A DNA stretch of 64,000 bases from Deltaproteobacteria bacterium (GTDB lineage: Bacteria; Myxococcota_A; Polyangia; Fen-1088): NCBI GenBank assembly GCA_033763315.1, contig JANRKS010000007.1:224001-288000 (forward strand). Reading direction: 5' to 3'. Positions 54,309 to 64,000 of this stretch are shown one piece after another. Made by a program: the position numbers and the translations under genes. Each line of letters begins with the position of its first letter. The first letter of the stretch is position 1. The notes under the pieces were generated by a model. It worked only from the letters and a program-made list of their open reading frames with translations, did no database searches and had not been told where the DNA came from.

Positions 54309-56045
54309 ATGCAGTGGCAGGTTTTGTTTCGAGCAGCGGCCTTGGGTGTATCCATAGGTGCAGCGGCTTGCAGCGGCAGCGTGGCCGGCAATGGCCAAGG
54401 CCAAGGTGACGACGGGTCCGAAGGTGGCTCGGGTGGTGAAATCAAACCAGGTGGCGATGGCGTGCCGGCCGCTTCGGACGGGTTAGGCCGGCTCGATGAG
54501 AGCCAAGTCAAAGAGTGCAGCCAGTCGAAGGTGCTTGATCCCGGTTCGACCGTGATCCGCCGGCTCACACGGCGCGAGTACGACAACACGATTGCCGATT
54601 TGCTTTTCGATGCGTCATCGCCGTCGAAACAGTTTCCCTCTGATGAGCGACGCTTGAGCTTCGACAACAACGCCGCGTATCTCAATGTGTCGCCCACGCA
54701 CACAGAACGTTATGACTTGGCCGCGGAAACGCTGGCTACGGCGGCGGTGCAGAAGAACTTAGCGAAGCTGGTGTCGTGCAAGCCAGCATCCGCCACAGAT
54801 GAAGTCTGCGCAAAGACGTTCATCAATGGCTTCGTGCAACGCGCCTTTCGTCGCCCCGTCGAAAAAGCAGAAGAAGACCGCTTCCTCGGCGTCTTCCGCC
54901 AGGGCGCAAAAACGGATTTCAACACGGGCGTCTCATTGGTGGTGCAAGCTGTCCTGCAGTCCGCTCCCTTTTTATACCGCGTTGAGTTTGGCGAGCCGGT
55001 GCAAGGCGACGACAAGTTCGTAAAGCTGACTTCGTGGGAGATCGCTTCGCGATTGTCTTATCTGCTGTGGGCTTCGATGCCCGACGAGGCGCTGTTCGCC
55101 GCCGCCAAAGACAACAAGCTGCAAACCCGTGCCCAAGTGTCCGAGCATGTGCAACGCATGCTCAAGGACCCGAAGGCCAAGCGGATGGTGGGCAACTTTC
55201 ACGAACAGTGGCTGGGCCTGGGTGATGTGCAGTCCATCGACCGAGATGCAAAGTTGTTTCCTGACTGGAAGAACGAGAACATCCAAATGCTTAAGCAAGA
55301 GGTAAATGAATTCACCTCTTCGCTGGTGTTCAACGACGGCAACATCAAGGAATTGTTCACCGCGCCTCACACCATGATGAACGGCGCGGTGGCGAAGCAT
55401 TATGGAGTGTCTTCGCCCACCGGCACGACCTTCGAAAAGGTGGAGGACGACAAGCGGCACGCGGGCGTCTTCACGTTGGGCGCCGTGATGGCTTCGACCG
55501 GAAAAATCAATCAAAGTTCACCCGTGTTGCGCGGCAAGTTCGTCCGGGAACATATGCTGTGCCAGTCGCTGCCGCCGCCTCCGCCTGACGTCAACGCAGA
55601 GGCCCCGTCTCTTGATCCGAAGCTCACCACCCGGGACCGCTTCGCGCAACATTCGGAAAATCCAGCGTGCGCAAACTGCCACCGTTTGTTGGATCCCGTG
55701 GGTCTCGGCATGGAAAACTTTGATGCCGTGGGCCGCTACCGCGACAAGGAAAATGGCTTGGATTTGAACGTCAACGGCAAGTTGGAAGACACGGACGTTG
55801 ATGGCACATTCAACGGCGTATTTGAACTTGCGCAGAAGCTATCGACAAGTGAAGAGGCTCAACGTTGCATGGTGACCAATTGGTTCAGGTTCGCCTACGG
55901 CCGCACTGAATCCGATTCTGATCTGTGCTTCCTGCACCAGCTTGATGCACGCCTTGTTAAGTCGTCAGGCAACCTCAGGGAATTGTTGGTGGCCACCACC
56001 GAACTGGATGCGTTCTTTTACCGCCGCGCTGGAGGTGCACAATGA
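54309..56045 (+). CDS. DUF1592/DUF1588-family (PSD/PSCyt3) lipoprotein with one CxxCH
   Basis: Lipobox AAAC, RRLTRREYDNT, RAFRRP, EIASRLSYLLWASMPD, SPVLRG, CANCH, GMENFDAVGR. SD GGAGG before ATG 54309. Confidence 0.9.
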   Translation: MQWQVLFRAAALGVSIGAAACSGSVAGNGQGQGDDGSEGGSGGEIKPGGDGVPAASDGLGRLDESQVKECSQSKVLDPGSTVIRRLTRREYDNTIADLLFDASSPSKQFPSDERRLSFDNNAAYLNVSPTHTERYDLAAETLATAAVQKNLAKLVSCKPASATDEVCAKTFINGFVQRAFRRPVEKAEEDRFLGVFRQGAKTDFNTGVSLVVQAVLQSAPFLYRVEFGEPVQGDDKFVKLTSWEIASRLSYLLWASMPDEALFAAAKDNKLQTRAQVSEHVQRMLKDPKAKRMVGNFHEQWLGLGDVQSIDRDAKLFPDWKNENIQMLKQEVNEFTSSLVFNDGNIKELFTAPHTMMNGAVAKHYGVSSPTGTTFEKVEDDKRHAGVFTLGAVMASTGKINQSSPVLRGKFVREHMLCQSLPPPPPDVNAEAPSLDPKLTTRDRFAQHSENPACANCHRLLDPVGLGMENFDAVGRYRDKENGLDLNVNGKLEDTDVDGTFNGVFELAQKLSTSEEAQRCMVTNWFRFAYGRTESDSDLCFLHQLDARLVKSSGNLRELLVATTELDAFFYRRAGGAQ

Positions 56046-57418
56046 AACCCTTCCGTCTCAGTCGTCGAACCGTATTGCGTGGCGCGGGTGGCGTGGCGAT
56101 CGCTTTGCCTTGGCTTGAGGCCATGGCACCCACAAAGAATGCCTACGCTGCGGGACCCAAGCGGCTCGTGGTGTTCTTCACGCCAAACGGCACGATCTAT
56201 GAGAATTGGAAACCAAAGGGCACGACCACCGATTTTACGATGTCGCCAATCCTGGCGCCGCTTGAGCCGATGAAGAACAAGCTCATCTTGCTTGAGGGCT
56301 TGTTCCAAGGCGCCAAGAATGGCAGCGGCGGATCCATCCCCGGCCCCGGTGACGATCACATGAAGGGCATGGCGTGGGCGTTGACGGGGCGACAACTGAT
56401 GCCTGGCAGCGTGGCGGGCGGTGGCGGCGCGACGCCCGCGGGCTTGTCCACGGGCTTGTCGGTGGATCAACACGTAGCCAAAACCATAGGCAAAGACACG
56501 CGCTTTTCGTCACTTGAGTTTGGTGTGCGTTCGCTGACCGTCGCCGGAAATCCCCTGTTTCATATGGTGTACGCCTCGGCCGGAGTCGCCCGACAGCCCG
56601 AGCAAAACCCCGCGCAGATGTTTGATCGCGTGTTCAAGGGATTCACCCCCGGCACCTCCACACCAGATCCAACCGTCCTCAAACGTGCGGCCGACAAAAC
56701 AAGCGTGCTTGACGCCGTCAAAGACAGCTACAGCTCGCTGTCGCCCAAGCTCGGCAAAGACGACAAGGCCAAAATCGACGCGCATTTGGCCAACATCAGC
56801 GATCTGCAGAAGCGGTTGGCCCAAGGGTCAACGACGGGCGGCGCCATGGGCGCGGGATGCAAACTTCCGACACGCCCCAAAGAGAACGATCCGTATAGCG
56901 AAGCGAACTTCGTTGAGAACGGCAAAGCGCAAGTCGATATGCTTTCGATGGCTTTGGCCTGCGACCTCACGCGCGTGGCGAGCTTGCAGTGGAGTTACTC
57001 CTCCGGGGGCCCCACGCCTTCGTGGATCCAGATCAACCGTGGCCACCACGACATCAGCCACGACGGCGACGGCATCGCCACGGCAAAGGATCAGCTCACC
57101 AAGATCGACACGTGGTATTCGCAGCAGTTTTTGTCGTTGATCCAGAAGATGGATGCCATCCCAGAGGCTGATGGCACCCTCTTGGATAACTCGATGGTCC
57201 TGTGGGTGAACGAGCTGGCCAAAGGCAACGTGCACAGCCACGGCCCCATGTGTTACGTCATCGCAGGCAAGGCGGGGGGGGCGTTGCAAACCGGCCGCTA
57301 CCTGCACGCGGAAGAAAACCACAATAACTTGCTTGTCTCGGTGATGAACAAAATGGGGGTCGAAGGGAACACATTCGGCGATCCGGCCTTCTGCACCGGG
57401 CCCCTCAAAGCCCTTTGA
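56042..57418 (+). CDS. DUF1552 (HXXSHH) Tat-exported protein
   Basis: Tat motif SRRTVLRG, LPWLEAM, FTPNG, SVDQ, CDLTRV, HHDISH, TLLDNS. ATGA overlap with the upstream gene. Confidence 0.92.
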   Translation: MKPFRLSRRTVLRGAGGVAIALPWLEAMAPTKNAYAAGPKRLVVFFTPNGTIYENWKPKGTTTDFTMSPILAPLEPMKNKLILLEGLFQGAKNGSGGSIPGPGDDHMKGMAWALTGRQLMPGSVAGGGGATPAGLSTGLSVDQHVAKTIGKDTRFSSLEFGVRSLTVAGNPLFHMVYASAGVARQPEQNPAQMFDRVFKGFTPGTSTPDPTVLKRAADKTSVLDAVKDSYSSLSPKLGKDDKAKIDAHLANISDLQKRLAQGSTTGGAMGAGCKLPTRPKENDPYSEANFVENGKAQVDMLSMALACDLTRVASLQWSYSSGGPTPSWIQINRGHHDISHDGDGIATAKDQLTKIDTWYSQQFLSLIQKMDAIPEADGTLLDNSMVLWVNELAKGNVHSHGPMCYVIAGKAGGALQTGRYLHAEENHNNLLVSVMNKMGVEGNTFGDPAFCTGPLKAL

Positions 57419-57503
57419 AACCACAAAAATGAAACTGTGACGGCGGGCCGCACGCACTGTGGCGTGTGGCGCTGCCGTGTTCCAGGTAAGATGAGGGGGC
57501 TTT

Positions 57504-60394
<2,891 letters not shown>

Positions 60395-60441
60395 GCAATT
60401 GCACCACTAGCCGTGCATGGCCGCCATGATAGGAAGGGCGA

Positions 60442-61611
60442 ATGCCGTTCCCCATCGGTCTTTCCTTTGCATGTCTATTCAGTCAAACGCACGCGGCACA
60501 GGTGCATGCACCGCCGGTGCCACTAGGGTCTGTGAAAATAACGGCGCGCAAGCCATACGAAGACTTTGATGGCTACCAGGGGCTGTTGCCGCAAACGCCG
60601 TGGCCGCACGAGGGTGGCTTTATGGTCAGCCCTTATGGCTTCGTGCCAGAGGTCTCGTTGGATCACGTCGTCAAAGACGCGGGTGATTATTCGATGCAGT
60701 TTCGGTACCGTACGGGAGCCATGCCACAAGCTGGCGTGTCGCGCCTTTACAATCCAAACCTCGACTGGGCGGGCTTTGATGCCGTTCGCTTTTGGTTGCG
60801 CCCCGACGGCAGCGGACGCTTGTTCACGTTCTTCGTGCTTGAAAAGATCCGACATGGTCACAAGTGGTTTTGGGAAGCGCCTTATAAAATGACGGGTGAT
60901 GCACCCGTGATCGTGACGATGCCCTTCTCTGCGTTTTACCGAGCGGTGAAGAATGATGCGCCTGACAAAGCATTCGACTCATCCTTAATTGAAGAAACAG
61001 CATGGTGGGTGCGCCAAGGCGGCGCGGCATCCAACCCGCAGGTCCCCTCATCCGTGTGGATTGATTCCATCGAGGTTGTAAAGCTTGCTCAGCCGCTCGA
61101 TCACGTTGTTGCCGAGGCTGCCCCACCCCCCGCTATAAACAACGATAAATCAACCCGCATCGATTATGGTGGCGAGGCCGACTGGGTGGACGCGCAAGGT
61201 CACTTGTGGCAAGCCGACGTGCCATCAAAGCACGGCGTGCGCTTTACTCTGCCCACCACGCCCTTCCCTGGCACGAGCAACGCCCAACTTTACCGCACAG
61301 GACGCCGCGGAATTGATCACTTGGACTTTGCGCTCCCCAACGGCACGTATGACTTCACGCTGTTTCTCCTCGAACCTGATCCCAAATTCAACCGCGCCGG
61401 CAAACGCGTTTTTGTGGTGCAAATCGAAGACACAAAATCAGTCCCCATCGATCCGTTCACGAAGGCCAAGGGGACGCAACGCCCAACCACCATCACACTG
61501 CGCGCCGACGTGAAGGATGGGACGGCGAACGTGGCCTTCGCCGCGAAGATCTCCGAATCAGTGTTGTGTGCTCTGCAGATCACGCCGGTGACCGCCGCGA
61601 CACCGCGTTGA
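60442..61611 (+). CDS. Secreted CBM11/CIA30-like plus malectin domain protein
   Basis: Probable signal peptide, [15 protein letters not shown], then malectin-like IDYGG...DAQG..WQAD, LYRT, PNGTY, GKRVF. Confidence 0.75.
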   Translation: MPFPIGLSFACLFSQTHAAQVHAPPVPLGSVKITARKPYEDFDGYQGLLPQTPWPHEGGFMVSPYGFVPEVSLDHVVKDAGDYSMQFRYRTGAMPQAGVSRLYNPNLDWAGFDAVRFWLRPDGSGRLFTFFVLEKIRHGHKWFWEAPYKMTGDAPVIVTMPFSAFYRAVKNDAPDKAFDSSLIEETAWWVRQGGAASNPQVPSSVWIDSIEVVKLAQPLDHVVAEAAPPPAINNDKSTRIDYGGEADWVDAQGHLWQADVPSKHGVRFTLPTTPFPGTSNAQLYRTGRRGIDHLDFALPNGTYDFTLFLLEPDPKFNRAGKRVFVVQIEDTKSVPIDPFTKAKGTQRPTTITLRADVKDGTANVAFAAKISESVLCALQITPVTAATPR

Positions 61612-61642
61612 CAGAAACGCGCAGCCCGGGCAGGTTCGAGGC

Positions 61643-62275
61643 ATGAACCAGCCCGACAGCGAACGCCTGCGACGCCAACACGAGCGGCGCATGGCCTATA
61701 TGCCGTGGTTGTATTTCCAGGCCCCCCCAGCCATCGCCGCGTGGGCATTGCCCTGGCAGGCGGCGATCCACGCCGAGCTGGCCGCGTTCGAGTGCATCGA
61801 TCTGGATCCGAGCTGTTTCATCGCGCCCAACGCTCAATTGTTCGCCGAACCCAACCGCCGCATTCGCGTGAGCGCAGGCGCTGCCGTTGCCGCCGAAGCC
61901 TTCTTGCACGGCCCCGTCGTGCTTGAGGCTCACGTCAGCATCAACACGCGCGTGGTGATCGACGGCGGTCGCGCGGGCGTTCGGATCGGCGCGGGCACAC
62001 GCATCGCCACGGGCGCCACGCTGTTCGCCTTTGACCACGGCATGAGCCCACACGCCGCAATCCGAGCACAACCCAACACGTCCTTAGGAATCACGATTGG
62101 CCAAGACGTGTGGATCGGAGCGCAAGCGGGCGTCACAGATGGCGTGACGATCGGCGATCACGCGGTCGTAGGCATGGGCGCGGTGGTCACCAAGGACGTG
62201 GCCCCGTGGTCGATCGTCGCGGGGGTGCCGGCGCGCGTGATAGGTGATCGCCGCTCGCAGGCAGGGCCCCCATGA
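61643..62275 (+). CDS. Hexapeptide-repeat (left-handed beta-helix) acyltransferase
   Basis: [40 protein letters not shown]. Confidence 0.92.
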   Translation: MNQPDSERLRRQHERRMAYMPWLYFQAPPAIAAWALPWQAAIHAELAAFECIDLDPSCFIAPNAQLFAEPNRRIRVSAGAAVAAEAFLHGPVVLEAHVSINTRVVIDGGRAGVRIGAGTRIATGATLFAFDHGMSPHAAIRAQPNTSLGITIGQDVWIGAQAGVTDGVTIGDHAVVGMGAVVTKDVAPWSIVAGVPARVIGDRRSQAGPP

Positions 62276-63699
62276 CATGGCGCCAGCGTTACGCTTGGCT
62301 GCGTCACCTCGTGGCTGAAGCGGCGGTGCTGGACGTCCGCGCGCTGGCGCTCGGCCGCGTGGGCATGGGTGTGCTGCTGCTGTACGATCTGTTCGTCCGC
62401 GCGCACGACATTGGCGCGCTCTATAGCGACGCGGGCCTTGAGCCACGCAACGTTTTAGATCCACCTGTGCTGCCACTGTTCCGCATCTATTTCGTGGTGG
62501 GCAGTGTGGCCGCAGTGCAGGTTGTGTTTGCGATCGCCGCGGTCATCGCGTTGGCGTTGTTGCTCGGCTTTCGCACGCGCTTGGCCACAGCGGCATCATG
62601 GGTGCTGCTGGTGTCGCTGCAGGCACGCAATGGCTCGGTCAACCAAGCGGGCGACGATCTGTTGGCGATGTTCTTGTTCTGGAGCTTGTTTCTTCCTTTG
62701 GGCGCGCGCTTTTCATTCGACGCGTGGTTGCGCCCTCGCCCCGCTGACTCGAACCTCGTGCAAGGCGCAGGGCCCTTCGCTTTTGCAGGCCAACTGTTTC
62801 TGCTTTACTTCATCACCGGAACGCTCAAAGCGAATTCGATTCATTGGTTGATGGGCAACGGCATCTACGACGCCCTCCACGCCCAGGAATTCGTCACAAG
62901 CTTTGGCCGCTGGCTGCACCCACATTACTACATCTTGAAGCTGCTTTCGTGGGCCACCCTGCTGTTGGAGATTTTCGGTCCTTTGCTGCTGTTCGTGTCA
63001 CCCCGCCGCTGGCCAGTGCGGCTTGGTTTGGTGCTCGCGTTCTTAGGTTTTCATGCGGGCATTTCGTTGTGCATGCGCATCGGCATGTTTTCGTTTGTGT
63101 GCATGGTGGGCTGGCTGTTCTTGGTGCCAGCGGGTGCCTTCGATCGCGTGTTGCGGCGCATGCCCACTGAATCACCGGCTTCACGCGCGCCGCGCGCTCG
63201 TTGGGCTCAAAGGCTTGCCGCAACCATCTTCGTTTATCTGGTGCTGGCCGCCATGATCTCGGACCAATGGCCCGAAGGACCGGTGCGCAACATCTTGCTT
63301 AAGCCTGCACGCGCGTTTGCGTGGCAAGAGCACTGGGGCATGTTCGTCAAGCCGCGCGACGAGGCCGGCTTTCTGGCCGCGCGCGCCATGCTGGCCAACG
63401 GCACCCAAGTGGATCTGCTGCGCGGTGGCCAGCCGCTGACGTGGGATCCACCACCGTTGGTGATCGATCTATTTGCCAATCAACGCTGGCGCAAAATGCT
63501 GACCGGGATCATCAAGAGTGACAACAAGGATCGCGCCCATCGATATCTTCAATGGTTGTGCCGCACCGAAAACGCGCACCGCTTGGGCGATCACAAGGTG
63601 GTGAACCTCGTTCTTACCTATGTCAGTCAAAAACTGCGCGAGCCCTACGTCAAGGGCCCGCCCGAGCGCAAAGTGCTGGCGTTGTCGAAGTGCGAATAA
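62272..63699 (+). CDS. HTTM domain membrane protein
   Basis: [46 protein letters not shown]...W..G, FH, QEHWGMF, RWRK. ATGA overlap with the acyltransferase. Confidence 0.88.
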   Translation: MTWRQRYAWLRHLVAEAAVLDVRALALGRVGMGVLLLYDLFVRAHDIGALYSDAGLEPRNVLDPPVLPLFRIYFVVGSVAAVQVVFAIAAVIALALLLGFRTRLATAASWVLLVSLQARNGSVNQAGDDLLAMFLFWSLFLPLGARFSFDAWLRPRPADSNLVQGAGPFAFAGQLFLLYFITGTLKANSIHWLMGNGIYDALHAQEFVTSFGRWLHPHYYILKLLSWATLLLEIFGPLLLFVSPRRWPVRLGLVLAFLGFHAGISLCMRIGMFSFVCMVGWLFLVPAGAFDRVLRRMPTESPASRAPRARWAQRLAATIFVYLVLAAMISDQWPEGPVRNILLKPARAFAWQEHWGMFVKPRDEAGFLAARAMLANGTQVDLLRGGQPLTWDPPPLVIDLFANQRWRKMLTGIIKSDNKDRAHRYLQWLCRTENAHRLGDHKVVNLVLTYVSQKLREPYVKGPPERKVLALSKCE

Positions 63700-63739
63700 A
63701 AGAAAGCCCCTGGGGCCGCGCGTGCGCAACCCCAAGGGC
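63697..63739 (-). terminator. Rho-independent terminator between convergent genes
   Basis: Minus strand GCCCTTGGGGTTGCG-CACG-CGCGGCCCCAGGGGC then TTTCTTTT. Confidence 0.7.
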
Positions 63740-63759
63740 CCATCGTGAACGGGTATTAC

Positions 63760-63999
63760 CTAGCCGCCAGCCGCAGCCATGCCGCCCGCCGTACCGCTCG
63801 CGCTCACGCTTGCGGACACTGAGATCGAGACGCTCGCAGACACCTGAACGGCCGAAAGAGCGTTGGCCGCGTAAGAGGCCGCCGACGCCACGCAGGCGCC
63901 CGCTTGCACGCCCGCTTCGCCCACGCTTGTGGCCAAACCGTTGAGCGCGGTCGCGTAAGCTGAAACAGTGGAGCCCGCCACGATGGCAGCGCGTTGGCT
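63760..63999 (-). CDS. 3' end of an Ala/Ser/Val-rich hypothetical protein that extends beyond the window
   Basis: Frame is open to the window edge. The C-terminus ACV...VQVSASVSISVSASVSAS resembles that of a family of myxobacterial secreted proteins. Confidence 0.6.
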   Translation of the reverse strand, partial: SQRAAIVAGSTVSAYATALNGLATSVGEAGVQAGACVASAASYAANALSAVQVSASVSISVSASVSASGTAGGMAAAGG

Positions 64000-64000
64000 T

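Overview
A gene-dense, GC-rich chromosomal segment. The gene content points to a Myxococcota (probably Polyangia-like) genome: MYXO-CTERM tail, MXAN_5808-type S41 protease, TIGR02266-like PilZ, TIGR04565-like outer-membrane barrels, a Ser/Thr kinase with HRDVSPSN, and a DUF1592/DUF1552 pair. About 49 CDS were called by motif recognition only, without database searches. Housekeeping and repair genes (SNF2, two UvrD-family helicases, ligA, tex, pgm, prs, hemH, ribA, mrp, arfB, a bacterial (6-4) photolyase) are interleaved with many secreted or lipoprotein hydrolases and sugar-binding proteins (GH5, C25 gingipain-like, metzincin, CBM9, DNRLRE, malectin, TSP_C, discoidin). I saw no rRNA, tRNA, CRISPR array, transposase or integrase. 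The most notable unexplained signals are: (1) two tandem 34-bp palindromes (four half-sites) in an orphan 520-bp gap between convergent genes; (2) an apparent ATT start codon for mrp; (3) a LexA-like box over the promoter of a uvrD-like/arfB operon; (4) two paralogous OM barrels with one mature Cys each; (5) a recurrent D-[AG]-[AGS] linker motif across unrelated secreted proteins, amplified in one as a synonymously diverged repeat; (6) a photolyase lacking the Fe-S cysteines; (7) a possibly structured leader on the DUF1592/DUF1552 operon. No complete new system can be proven from sequence alone.
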